Assembly: GCA_040757795.1 (NCBI GenBank)
Contig: JBFLWG010000001.1
Location: 1-46,784 of the forward strand
Origin: Candidatus Hadarchaeota archaeon
Lineage (GTDB): Archaea > Hadarchaeota > Hadarchaeia > Hadarchaeales > Hadarchaeaceae
Direction: 5' to 3'
Length of the DNA: 46,784 bases
Shown: piece after piece, positions 34,689 through 43,718 of the stretch
How positions within the stretch are numbered: position 1 is the stretch's first letter
Layout: every line of letters begins with the position of its first letter
The notes under the pieces: generated by a model
What the model saw: only the letters and a program-made list of their open reading frames with translations
Databases searched by the model: none
What the model was told of the DNA's origin: nothing
Translations under genes and position numbers: made by a program

Positions 34689-35873
34689 ATGGTCGCCGAA
34701 AGGCTAGGCAAGAAGGAGGAGGTGCCGCTTGGGAAGGAAGACACTGGCACCACCAAGTACCTGGTTCACGCCAAGCTGGAGGCAAACGGGGTCGTTGAGC
34801 GGCCTGACGTCGTCGGCGCTGTTTTCGGGCAGACAGAGGGGTTGCTCGGGGAGGACCTTGACCTGAGGGAGCTGCTGAAGAGCGGGCGGATAGGCCGAAT
34901 CAAGGTGGACATAAATTCCGTCCAAGGAAAGACCACTGGGACTGTTACAATCCCATCAAGCCTAGACAGGTTTGAAACCTCCATAATCGCCGCGGCTCTC
35001 GAAACGGTGGAGAGGATAGGCCCCTGCGAGGCCACGATAAAGGTAGAGAAAATAGAGGATGTCAGGGACACGAAGAGGAAGTTCATCATCGGCAGGGCCA
35101 AGGAAATCCTGCAGAAGTTCGGGGAGACCGCCACCGAGACCCAGGAGATTACAGACAGAGTCAAGGAGACCACAAGGGTTGAGGAAATATCGGAGTACAA
35201 GGGGTTGCCGGCTGGCCCCGCGCTCATGGAATCCGACGCGGTGATAATCGTCGAGGGCAGGGCGGATGTCCTCAACCTACTGCGAGCCGGGATAAAGAAC
35301 ACCGTCGCGATAGAGGGGACCAGCGTGCCCCAGGCGGTGGTGGAACTCAGCAAGGAAAAGACGGTGACCGCCTTCGTGGACAATGATCGGGGCGGAGACC
35401 TGATAATGAAGGAGCTGCTCCAGGTGGCGGAGCTTGACTTCGTGGCGCGGCCGCCGCCAGGCAGGAGCGTGGAGGACCTCACAAGGAAGGAGATCATCAA
35501 GGCGCTGAGAAGCAAGGTTCCCATCGAGCTGGCGCTGGCCGAGCACAGGGGCGCCGAACACGCAGAAAACAAAGAAACCGAGGAGCTGGGGCGCGCCCTC
35601 AACAAGCTCAGGGGGAGCCTCAAAGCCATGCTTCTGGACGGCGGGCTCAGGCCAATCGCAGAGATTCAGGTGAGGGAGCTTAAGGAGAAGCTGATCGAGG
35701 CCCACGGCGCGAAGGCTGTGGTATTCGACGGCATCATCACTCAAGATCTTGCAGAGATGGCAGCGGCCAGGGGGATAAAGTACCTAGTAGGCATGCGCTC
35801 AAGGATTGAAGCCGTTCCGAAAAACATCGAAGTGCTTACTCTGGACGACCTTCAAAGGTCAAGACACAGGTGA
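34689..35873 (+). CDS. dnaG: Archaeal DnaG (Toprim primase-like, exosome-associated)
   Basis: [33 protein letters not shown], then Toprim IIVEGRADV and [12 protein letters not shown] 34689 is preferred over TTG 34638. Confidence 0.9.
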   Translation: MVAERLGKKEEVPLGKEDTGTTKYLVHAKLEANGVVERPDVVGAVFGQTEGLLGEDLDLRELLKSGRIGRIKVDINSVQGKTTGTVTIPSSLDRFETSIIAAALETVERIGPCEATIKVEKIEDVRDTKRKFIIGRAKEILQKFGETATETQEITDRVKETTRVEEISEYKGLPAGPALMESDAVIIVEGRADVLNLLRAGIKNTVAIEGTSVPQAVVELSKEKTVTAFVDNDRGGDLIMKELLQVAELDFVARPPPGRSVEDLTRKEIIKALRSKVPIELALAEHRGAEHAENKETEELGRALNKLRGSLKAMLLDGGLRPIAEIQVRELKEKLIEAHGAKAVVFDGIITQDLAEMAAARGIKYLVGMRSRIEAVPKNIEVLTLDDLQRSRHR

Positions 35874-36329
35874 CCCGCCGAGCGGCATCTCCATTGTCAA
35901 AGCCGTTTCCCCGTCCTCGTAGTAATAAGGAACCTCCATCCTGTCCTTGAACCCCAGCCGCCTGTAAAACTGGTGGGCGCCGAAGTTGCTCTTCCTGGCC
36001 TCGAGCCTGACCAGCCTCGCGCCCTTCCTTGCGAACCTCTCAATCATCTTCTGGACCATCGCTGAGCCTATGCCGTGTCTCCTGAACGCCGGGTCAACAC
36101 CTATCGCCAAGATGTGGCCGATAGGGCCCCACCTTACAGCCCCTATGAGATAACCGATCACTTTGCTGCCGACCTCGGCCACCAAGAAGCCATCTGGATG
36201 GGTAGCGTGAAGGCGGTTTAGCAGGCTGAGAGGGTAGGGGTCGGGAAAACACTTGTACTCTATGGCCAGAATCTCCGACATGTCCTCCGGCCTCGCGTCC
36301 CTTATCAGGAATACTTGTTGGGCGACCAT
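35859..36329 (-). CDS. rimI: GNAT N-acetyltransferase (RimI / archaeal N-alpha-acetyltransferase type)
   Basis: [16 protein letters not shown], and the acetyl-CoA motif [10 protein letters not shown] (Q/RxxGxG/A). Confidence 0.8.
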   Translation of the reverse strand: MVAQQVFLIRDARPEDMSEILAIEYKCFPDPYPLSLLNRLHATHPDGFLVAEVGSKVIGYLIGAVRWGPIGHILAIGVDPAFRRHGIGSAMVQKMIERFARKGARLVRLEARKSNFGAHQFYRRLGFKDRMEVPYYYEDGETALTMEMPLGGSPVS

Positions 36330-36376
36330 TTGCACCAAATTAGGTTATATGGGGGCGATAAAATCATTTGGAAACC

Positions 36377-36766
36377 ATGACCACGAGCAAGAAACGCGGG
36401 ACAATGTTCGAATATCGCGTATCCTACCTCCTCGAGGGCCTTGGCTTCAGCTGGGACCGCTCGGGCAGCTCTCTCGGCATTGACCTGAAAATCTCGAAAA
36501 AAGGAAAGCTCCGCTACCTTATCTCCTGCAAAAAAACAACTCGGGCTGGGCCGATTTACTTGCCAAAGGGAGAGGTCGAGCGCCTTAAAGCTTCGGCGAA
36601 AGAAACCGGCGCCGAGGGGCTGGTATGCTTCGGCTTCATGAGGACACCTGTTCTGGCCCTCAACCTGAAGGAAATCTCAAAGCTTCCTAGTACCCGCCTC
36701 TACTACAAAATACAGATGGGTGACGGGCGGCCCCTGAAGGAGCTGCTTCAGACGGCGAACTTTTAA
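36377..36766 (+). CDS. Hjc-like PD-(D/E)xK nuclease family protein with a non-canonical active-site triad
   Basis: Collinear by eye with archaeal Hjc: KRGTMFEYRV...GFSWDRSGSS.GIDL...YLISCKK. The expected E-x-K reads S-C-K. Confidence 0.55.
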   Translation: MTTSKKRGTMFEYRVSYLLEGLGFSWDRSGSSLGIDLKISKKGKLRYLISCKKTTRAGPIYLPKGEVERLKASAKETGAEGLVCFGFMRTPVLALNLKEISKLPSTRLYYKIQMGDGRPLKELLQTANF

Positions 36767-36796
36767 GTTATGAACGCCAGCCTGAAGTGGTGAAAA

Positions 36797-37078
36797 ATGG
36801 CTTTCGAGTGGTTAATACCGTTGGTCGTACCGTTCGTCATCGGCCTGCTGGTGGGTGCCGTGATCAAGCATTCTCTGAAGTTGATTATGCTTCTCATCGC
36901 GCTCGTGGTCGTCCTGGTCTTGACCGGTGTTCTGAGCATAGGCATCAGCGACCTCTGGGGCCAGGCGGTGGCGGCTCTGCCGCAGCTCTTCGGGACGGGG
37001 TCTGGCCTGATCAACTTGCTGCCGTACACCTCGGTGTCATTTCTGGTAGGACTGGCGATCGGCTTCCTGGCACTGTAA
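36797..37078 (+). CDS. Small 3-TM membrane protein
   Basis: 93 aa, strongly hydrophobic, with an ATG start. The overlapping minus-strand ORF 36763..37029 has no features. Confidence 0.5.
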   Translation: MAFEWLIPLVVPFVIGLLVGAVIKHSLKLIMLLIALVVVLVLTGVLSIGISDLWGQAVAALPQLFGTGSGLINLLPYTSVSFLVGLAIGFLAL

Positions 37079-37099
37079 ACTTAATAAGAAATGAATCTC

Positions 37100-37933
37100 C
37101 TAAATCATTTCTCTGCGGTTAGCCATCCACAGACTGACAAAAAACAATACCGCCGCGTAGGTCATGAGTACAAAAAAGCCGAGCGTCGGGTTTTGGCTGG
37201 CCCTCAAAAGGCCTGCTATACCCTGGCCTCCGCCGGCAAACCCCCCGAAAGCGTTTTCAAGCGGGATTGAATATGTCGCACCCATGGAATCCCCGGCCCG
37301 GTCAGGCATGAACCAAGGATCGTAACCCGCGTAAGACAGGCTGGTCGAGACTATCCCGAAAACGACCATGTATGTTAAAAGGGCGGCTATAGTCGCCCCC
37401 ATCCCTCCCTTAAGAACTGAGCTAAACGCGAAAGATAGGCTGATGACGAAGCTGGCCAGCGCCAGCGCAACTCCAAGCGACCCCAGCATCCCTCCGGGAA
37501 TGGAGCCGTATGAAATGAGGACAGAGACAGCCGAAATGAGGAAGGCTATGGCGAGTATTGCCGCGGTTGCCATGAAGCAGGCGACGTACTTTCCGACTAT
37601 CAGGGTCCTGCGTTTCACTGGGTTCGGTAGGAGAACATAGCCTGTCCCGCGCTCGAACTCGCCGGCGATGGCGTCGCCCGAGAAAAACACGGCGGCCAAG
37701 ATTGCAAGCGCACCGACAGAAGTGGACATCATTGCGAACAGCTCCGCCCCGTACTGATTGACGAAAGCCTGCGTGAGGCCGATCCTTTGCGGGAGGTTCA
37801 GCCCATGGTAAAGCCCGATGGTCAAAAGCACCGCCAGAACTGTGACTATCAGACCGCCATAGAACCTCTTTCTCCGCAGCTGCTTCAGCAGCTCGTATCG
37901 TGCGACAACTTTCAATTTCTCGAACTCGCTCAA
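37100..37933 (-). CDS. ABC-2 type transporter permease
   Basis: About 6 TM. The TTG start overlaps the ATPase stop (TTGA). Confidence 0.75.
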   Translation of the reverse strand: MSEFEKLKVVARYELLKQLRRKRFYGGLIVTVLAVLLTIGLYHGLNLPQRIGLTQAFVNQYGAELFAMMSTSVGALAILAAVFFSGDAIAGEFERGTGYVLLPNPVKRRTLIVGKYVACFMATAAILAIAFLISAVSVLISYGSIPGGMLGSLGVALALASFVISLSFAFSSVLKGGMGATIAALLTYMVVFGIVSTSLSYAGYDPWFMPDRAGDSMGATYSIPLENAFGGFAGGGQGIAGLLRASQNPTLGFFVLMTYAAVLFFVSLWMANRREMI

Positions 37934-38661
37934 ACTGACGCCTCCGTCAGCCTCAGGTAGGCGCGCTCGAACGACTTGTGCTTCTTCTTCAAGCGGGAAA
38001 TGCCGTCATAGGCGCGGAGTCTTCCGTGGTCGATTATCGCGACCTTTTTACAGACCTGCGCGACCTCCGCGAGCAAGTGTGAGGCGAAAAATATCGTCTT
38101 CTCCTTCCTTGCCTCCCGCAAAATCTCCCTGAACTCCACCATGCCGCGGGGGTCCAGGCCAAGCGACGGCTCGTCTAGGATGAGGATGTGGGGGTCGTGG
38201 AGAAGCGCCTGCGCGAGGGCGAGGCGCTGCTTCATCCCCCGCGAGAACTTCCCAACTTTCACATTCGTCCATTTCTCGAGCCGCACGATTTCCATGACCT
38301 CCTTTATCCTTTTTTCGAGATTTTTCCTCTCCATGTCCCTCAGGAGGCCCAGGTACCTCAGGGTCTCGTCCGGTGTGAAGAAAGGATAGAATTCCGGCGT
38401 TTCCAAAATCGCTCCGACGTGTGAAATGGCCTGCTCACGCTCCCGCACCACATCGAACCCAGCAAGCTGCGCAGTGCCGGACGTCGGCTTGATCAATCCG
38501 CACAAAATCTTGAGAGTTGTTGTTTTTCCAGCGCCGTTCGGGCCCAGAAGGGCGACATCCTCTTTTGCCCCCACCTTGAGAGAAAGGTTGTCCAGAGCCA
38601 AGAAGCCGTTGTAGCTCCTGCTCAACCCTTTGATCACGATCGAGTCATGCATGGTTATCAT
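37930..38661 (-). CDS. ABC transporter ATP-binding protein
   Basis: Walker A GPNGAGKTT, signature FSRGMKQR, Walker B ILILDEP, H-loop ASH. Confidence 0.92.
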   Translation of the reverse strand: MITMHDSIVIKGLSRSYNGFLALDNLSLKVGAKEDVALLGPNGAGKTTTLKILCGLIKPTSGTAQLAGFDVVREREQAISHVGAILETPEFYPFFTPDETLRYLGLLRDMERKNLEKRIKEVMEIVRLEKWTNVKVGKFSRGMKQRLALAQALLHDPHILILDEPSLGLDPRGMVEFREILREARKEKTIFFASHLLAEVAQVCKKVAIIDHGRLRAYDGISRLKKKHKSFERAYLRLTEASV

Positions 38662-38723
38662 TTTTGGCTATGTAGCTTCGCTAAATAAGTGTTGTTGGCG
38701 GATGGCAGCCGTGTTGTTGATAA

Positions 38724-40118
38724 CTATGTAGGCTTCAAAAGCGCAACGCTTGTGCTCCCGACGCTCGGGTTCCAGTTCACGTAAAGCCAAATCTGCCCGC
38801 TCTTCTCCAAGGCAAACCTGTCCGCTGGGGACTCGGTGCTAGACACCTCCTTCACCTCTGTGCCGGAGCTGTTCTGCTGGACGGTCTCGGTGGTATTGCT
38901 GGAAGACGGCCAAGTCCTTCCATCGGATGAGAATGCCACGCGCTGCCTTTCGGTCAGGTAGCCATAAAACAACCAGTACCCGCTCCCGTTCTCCAGCTTC
39001 ACAACGCTCGGGTCGTGGCCGCTAGTGTAAAGCACGCTCCAGTTGCCAAAGTTCAGCCCATCTGTAGACGTCCCCTTGACAAGGTCTGACGGCTGATTGG
39101 CCGCCTTCTGGTAGTTTGCGGACAGCAAGATTACATAGTCCGTGTCGGAGAAGCGGATTACAGTGGTCTGCGCCGCAATCGAGAATGCTGTCGGGTTTTG
39201 GCTCCCGCTCTCGATGTCTATTCTGGTGCCTTCGCGGGTCCAAGTTAGGCCATCGCTGGATGTGGCGCTCTTGACCCGGAAGTCTGGCGGCATGGTCCCG
39301 TCTGTCTGGGCCTGGTAATACATCCTGTACGTCCCGTTTGACAGCTGTACCACGTCTGGAGCGGATATCAACTCCTCATTTTTCGGGATGCCGTCAGCCC
39401 CAGAGTCACCATCACCATCGCCGAGTAGCCTGTAACCAGACTCAACCGTCCAGCTCAACCCATCTGATGAAGTCGCGCTTTTTATGGCAGTCTTCGCGCC
39501 TGAAACTGGAGTCTTGAAAGCGACGCCATAGTACATCCTGTATGTCCCGTTGGAAAGTTTGATTATGTGTGGCATCGCTGCGGACATCATGTCATCAAAA
39601 CCCCCACCGGTGGCGCTGGCGCCCACGGCATATCTGTCGAACTTCCAAGTGTAGGCGCCAAGAGACGGCGTGCCGCCTTGCTGCTGGTTCTCCTGCGACT
39701 GCTGCTGGTTATCGGTTGTCTGGTTTTCAGTCGACGTCCCGGAAGACCTTGGACCACTTATTACGGCCACGGTCACTTGCCCTGACTGCGTAGAAGTAGC
39801 TTGGACCACCAAGACATCGCTCCCCTTCTCGTAAATGTTGCCAGTGTATCCGCCAAGCGACCCGCTGGCCTCCTCGTATGCCCAACCCTGTGCCTCGAGG
39901 GCTGTTCTGAATGTTGAGTAGGCTGTTGTGGTCGTGCCTGAGCCGGAGTATGTTGTTATGGTATTGCCCGAGGAAGTTGTCTGACCGGTGACGGAAAACC
40001 CGCTTGGCGGCCATGTTGTGGAAGTAGCGCCTCTGCCAAAAATGAAGTAGCCGCCAGCGGCCGCGACGACCACACAGACAACGACGACTGTCAGGATTGA
40101 ATTTTTCATTTGCTCCAT
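38724..40118 (-). CDS. Secreted/anchored Asp-box (BNR) repeat beta-propeller protein with Ser/Thr- and Gln-rich linkers
   Basis: N-terminal TM/signal. Four SxDGxxW-type boxes (SSDGLSWT, SSDGLTWT, STDGLNFG, SSDGRTWP). SNGTYRMYY is duplicated. Confidence 0.7.
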   Translation of the reverse strand: MEQMKNSILTVVVVCVVVAAAGGYFIFGRGATSTTWPPSGFSVTGQTTSSGNTITTYSGSGTTTTAYSTFRTALEAQGWAYEEASGSLGGYTGNIYEKGSDVLVVQATSTQSGQVTVAVISGPRSSGTSTENQTTDNQQQSQENQQQGGTPSLGAYTWKFDRYAVGASATGGGFDDMMSAAMPHIIKLSNGTYRMYYGVAFKTPVSGAKTAIKSATSSDGLSWTVESGYRLLGDGDGDSGADGIPKNEELISAPDVVQLSNGTYRMYYQAQTDGTMPPDFRVKSATSSDGLTWTREGTRIDIESGSQNPTAFSIAAQTTVIRFSDTDYVILLSANYQKAANQPSDLVKGTSTDGLNFGNWSVLYTSGHDPSVVKLENGSGYWLFYGYLTERQRVAFSSDGRTWPSSSNTTETVQQNSSGTEVKEVSSTESPADRFALEKSGQIWLYVNWNPSVGSTSVALLKPT

Positions 40119-40168
40119 TACCGCTGACCAAACGGAGATATAAACATTTGGCGTAATAAGATGGAAAC

Positions 40169-40969
40169 ATGACCGCTGTTCCAGTCTATGGCCACCCTGC
40201 CCTGATGGTTAAAACGGGGGGCACGCGTACGCTTGTCGTGTCAGACCTGCACTTGGGGATCGAGGGCGAGTTTGCGGCTAGAGGCGTCTCTCTGCCGAGC
40301 CAGGCCCCCCGAGTCAAGGCGAGGCTTGTCGAACTCATCGGAAAGAAGAAGCCGGACCGCCTGATCATGCTGGGGGACGTTAAGCACAACATCCCGGTGG
40401 CCAGCTGGCAGGAGTGGCGGGAGCTCCCTAGGCTCTTTGAAGACTTGCTCAAGCTTCTTCCGGTTGATATTGTCGCTGGGAACCATGACGGCGACATTAG
40501 AGGGATGCTGCCAGAGGGAGTGACGGTACACGAGCCCAGTGGGATTGTGATTGGGAAAAAGAAGATGGTCGGGTTGATGCATGGCCATGCTTGGCCATCT
40601 CCGGAACTCATGAAGGCCGAGCTGATAGTCATGGGGCACAACCACCCTGCCGTGGAGTTCAGGGACGAGCTTGGCGGAAGAATCGTGGAGCCCGTCTGGG
40701 TGAGGATGAAGTTGAAGAAGGAACGGCTGCCAAAGAAGCTCAAGATTGCGGTCGGGAAGAGGCCGCCTGAGCTTCTTCTAGTCCCGGCTTTCGGCGAGCT
40801 GGTCGGAGGCGCCCCCGTCAACAGGAAGATGCCGACCGAACTCATAGGGCCGATATTCAAGGCTGGAGCGGCCGTGCTTGATGCCGGAGAAATCTATCTC
40901 TTGGACGGCACTTTTCTCGGGACTGTGAAAGCTTCCCGAAAATTTCTGAGCACTACTTCGAGAGCATGA
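40169..40969 (+). CDS. Calcineurin-like metallophosphoesterase
   Basis: VVSDLHLG, MLGDVKHN, AGNHD, MHGH, MGHNHP. Confidence 0.85.
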   Translation: MTAVPVYGHPALMVKTGGTRTLVVSDLHLGIEGEFAARGVSLPSQAPRVKARLVELIGKKKPDRLIMLGDVKHNIPVASWQEWRELPRLFEDLLKLLPVDIVAGNHDGDIRGMLPEGVTVHEPSGIVIGKKKMVGLMHGHAWPSPELMKAELIVMGHNHPAVEFRDELGGRIVEPVWVRMKLKKERLPKKLKIAVGKRPPELLLVPAFGELVGGAPVNRKMPTELIGPIFKAGAAVLDAGEIYLLDGTFLGTVKASRKFLSTTSRA

Positions 40970-41846
40970 GCCTCGATGGCACCCCGATGAGCTTGGCCAT
41001 GGTCTTGACCAAGTCGAGGTCCGGCTTCTGGCCCTTCCTGAGCTTGTCAACGAGCACCAGAGTGTCCAAGCCAATCTGAATCATGTCTTTTTCCAGCTTC
41101 GGCTTGTCCACCTGGCTGACATCTATCGCCCCTTCCTTTTCAGGGGCCGCCAGTATCGCTAAGATTTCTCCCACCAGTATCCTGTCGTCGCGCCTTCCCT
41201 CGTAGAAGTCTCGCATTGTGCAGTAGACTGAGAACTCCATCGAGCTCGCGAGGACCCCCATGCGCTTGTAGGACTCCAGCTTCGGCGTGACTAGTTCCGT
41301 GAGCGGAGAAAACTGCGGCGTCTCAGCGAAGTAAAGGTCGTCCTTGACGTGGGTGATCCCGACCCACAGGTTCTTCAGGAGGTTGTAGCCGTGCTTCTCT
41401 GAAGCCGCCACCATCATGGGGATTAGTTCAGGGTTGGCTATGGCCGGATATTCTGGGCCAACAGCTGCCCTGGTGGTACCCTCGTCCCTGACCGATGCCG
41501 TGCTTATGACCAGGTCCCCGATGTTTATGAACGGCTGAAGCGCCCCGGCGGTCCCAAGCCTCAACATTGTGACTGGGCCTTTCGCCAGCTCCATTGCCTC
41601 CGGCAGGATTATCGCGGTGCTCGCGGGGCCCATGCCAGTCGCAAACGCCGAGACCTTTATCTCCTCGTACTCGCCGTGAACCACGGTGTAGCCGCGGTCC
41701 CCTTCCTGGATTTCAGAATCCTTCAAGTACTTGGCTATTTTTTTTATTCTCCCAGAGGACCCACCGCTGAGAATGTTCGGGTGAAGCTTGTCAACACCAA
41801 GGTGATATGCTTCTCCACTTGCCGTCGTGAAAGTTATCGGTTTCAT
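40953..41846 (-). CDS. Nucleoside phosphorylase (PNP/UDP family) with a C-terminal extension
   Basis: FATGMGPASTAI, LRLGTAGAL, GDLVISTASVRDEGT. GGAGG lies 6 nt before ATG 41846. Confidence 0.8.
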   Translation of the reverse strand: MKPITFTTASGEAYHLGVDKLHPNILSGGSSGRIKKIAKYLKDSEIQEGDRGYTVVHGEYEEIKVSAFATGMGPASTAIILPEAMELAKGPVTMLRLGTAGALQPFINIGDLVISTASVRDEGTTRAAVGPEYPAIANPELIPMMVAASEKHGYNLLKNLWVGITHVKDDLYFAETPQFSPLTELVTPKLESYKRMGVLASSMEFSVYCTMRDFYEGRRDDRILVGEILAILAAPEKEGAIDVSQVDKPKLEKDMIQIGLDTLVLVDKLRKGQKPDLDLVKTMAKLIGVPSRLMLSK

Positions 41847-42020
41847 TTTCACTCCTCCAACTCGGTTCTGGCTGGGCACCTTTATAAGTTGCGGGGATAC
41901 AAACCCTAGACTCGCTTGGATTCTCTACCTTCCGGAGACAGTATTTTGGAACTGAAAATAGATACATTTTTGTGCCCATTTTTTGTTCTGCTTTGGATAT
42001 AAACCACACATCTGACAGAG

Positions 42021-42707
42021 ATGAAAGCGGAAGTGAAAAAAATGAAGTGGATAACCAAAAGGGAGGTGAAAAAAATGGACGACTACCGGGAGTGGAAACG
42101 CACGTTGAAAAACATGAACAGAAGACAAATACTTCGGTTCGGGGTTCTTGCACCGCTAGCAATAGCGATTGCTGTGGGCGGCATTGGCATTTACTACTTC
42201 ACTAGCAGCTCGCAAAGCGCTAATGGTCTCCAGATAATCTTCAAGGACGCGCCAGTTCCAACGCTGCTCAAAATCCAGCCGACTATCAAGGAGGTCTGGC
42301 TACAGAATCAGAGCGGGATCTGGAAGCAAATCTGGAGCGGTGAAATGAAACTTACCTTGACTCCAGACGGCGCTCAAGTGCTTCTTGACACCGTAACTGT
42401 TGACGCAGGTACATACACTGCCGCAAGGGCGTACGTCGGCAGCGTTACCGCGCACCTGGATCTGAATGGGGACAATGATTCTGAAGACAACGTGAATGTA
42501 AGCGATTACGAAAATTATCCATTTTATATAAGCGAACAGCAAACTAACACCTTGAATGCTTACGATACTAAAACATTGACTCAGTCAGTCACATACGGTG
42601 GGAAAGGTGGGAAGCTGATATTTGACATGACACTAACGATGCCGGAGAACCTCATGGAATGGCCAGAGGAGAGCCCCGTCACTGTTTCGGTAACATACGT
42701 TCCCTGA
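42021..42707 (+). CDS. Exported protein with a twin-arginine-like signal (DUF4382-like beta-sandwich, tentative)
   Basis: NRRQILRFGVLAPLAIAIAV signal. The internal ATG 42114 (MNRRQIL) is an alternative start. The mature part reads ...VWLQNQSG.W..I......L.L......LLDTVTVDAGTYT. Confidence 0.55.
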   Translation: MKAEVKKMKWITKREVKKMDDYREWKRTLKNMNRRQILRFGVLAPLAIAIAVGGIGIYYFTSSSQSANGLQIIFKDAPVPTLLKIQPTIKEVWLQNQSGIWKQIWSGEMKLTLTPDGAQVLLDTVTVDAGTYTAARAYVGSVTAHLDLNGDNDSEDNVNVSDYENYPFYISEQQTNTLNAYDTKTLTQSVTYGGKGGKLIFDMTLTMPENLMEWPEESPVTVSVTYVP

Positions 42708-42779
42708 TTCCTGAAATGAAACGAGGGCCGATTCCACAGAAAAACCGGGACGGTCCTCTTTGCTTATTTTTTAAACTAC

Positions 42780-42992
42780 TTATTTTATGTAACGCGACTC
42801 TTCAAGCTGCTTCATGATTATGTGCAAGACACATTTGTTAGTTGCGACGTTGCTGTCCTTTGCCATCTGTTCCAGAAGTTTTTTAACAGTGGGCGGGAGG
42901 TAGACGACTAGCTTCTGGTTCTTAGGCTCCAGAAATAAGTCTGCTAGTGAGACTGAGTCTGGAGTTAAGGTTCGTTTGTTTATCTTCAACAC
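42780..42992 (-). CDS. Small ribbon-helix-helix-like protein (orphan, AT-rich context)
   Basis: 70 aa. KLVVYLPPTVKKLLEQMAKDSNVATNKCVLHIIMKQL fits a strand-helix-helix pattern. No partner ORF is present. Confidence 0.45.
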   Translation of the reverse strand: MLKINKRTLTPDSVSLADLFLEPKNQKLVVYLPPTVKKLLEQMAKDSNVATNKCVLHIIMKQLEESRYIK

Positions 42993-43145
42993 ATCGCCAA
43001 ACTACGTTACGATTCCATGGTTAATAAAATCTCTATTGGTGTGTGTAAAAAATATCTCAGCCAAAATCCCAGGCTGCTTTTAAAGACTTCTGAGCTGGCC
43101 GCCGAAAGCCTAAAAACTCGCTGATTACCGGTTGAATTGAGCGGC

Positions 43146-43712
43146 ATGAAAAAATCCAAATGGACCAATCTGGTGGCTGACCTTGCGATTGTGCTGGTCT
43201 CGCTGGCCTCCCTGTTCGCGACGGTCAGCTGGATTGCCTCCAGTAAGGCGAGCGGGCCGGCGAGTGACAGCAAGACCGCTGCCCTTGGAATAATGATCCT
43301 GAGGCTGGAGTCGGAAACCGACGCTTCCAACTACCTCACGCAGGCCCAGATGAGCGCAACCCTGGCGAGCATCTCCTTTGCCAGGGCTGAGGCGACAGAC
43401 AACCTTGAGCTCAAGAGTTATTTGGACAACCTTGGGTACACCCAGATTTCTCTCGCGAACTTTTACACTGCCGCGGCGGAAAATGCAAAAAACAAGGCCA
43501 ATTCATACTATGACAACTACTCGCAGAGGATGGCGGACGCTGCCAAGCTGGGCGGCGTGGCTGACATGAGGTCGACCGCGGCGCTGATATTCACGGCGAC
43601 GGCGATAGTGGGCTCAAGCGGCACCCTGCTCAAGCGGAGGGAAGTTGTCTACCTTGCTGTCCCGATTTTCATAATCGCCGCGGGATTCTTCGTCTGGTCA
43701 TTTCTGATTTGA
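43146..43712 (+). CDS. Membrane protein of unknown function (N- and C-terminal TM helices around a helical region)
   Basis: ATG 43146 (the track ORF starts at TTG 43137). Hydrophobic segments lie at both ends. Confidence 0.5.
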   Translation: MKKSKWTNLVADLAIVLVSLASLFATVSWIASSKASGPASDSKTAALGIMILRLESETDASNYLTQAQMSATLASISFARAEATDNLELKSYLDNLGYTQISLANFYTAAAENAKNKANSYYDNYSQRMADAAKLGGVADMRSTAALIFTATAIVGSSGTLLKRREVVYLAVPIFIIAAGFFVWSFLI

Positions 43713-43718
43713 CGCGCG

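Noticed and set aside
7349-40860. Other long antisense or out-of-frame track ORFs (e.g. 7349..8023, 8929..9684, 9602..10171, 10667..11275, 14562..15182, 16052..16654, 20542..21114, 21496..22149, 22614..23141, 26756..27244, 27677..28345, 29189..29722, 31478..32143, 34766..35629, 40186..40860)
   Set aside because: Each lies within a gene that has clear family motifs on the other strand or in another frame. Their translations are low-complexity (Arg/Pro/Ser/Gly-rich), as expected for shadow ORFs in GC-rich coding DNA.
43007-43330. 107-aa minus-strand ORF overlapping the start of the 43146..43712 membrane protein
   Set aside because: It has no features, while the plus-strand ORF has clear TM helices at both ends.
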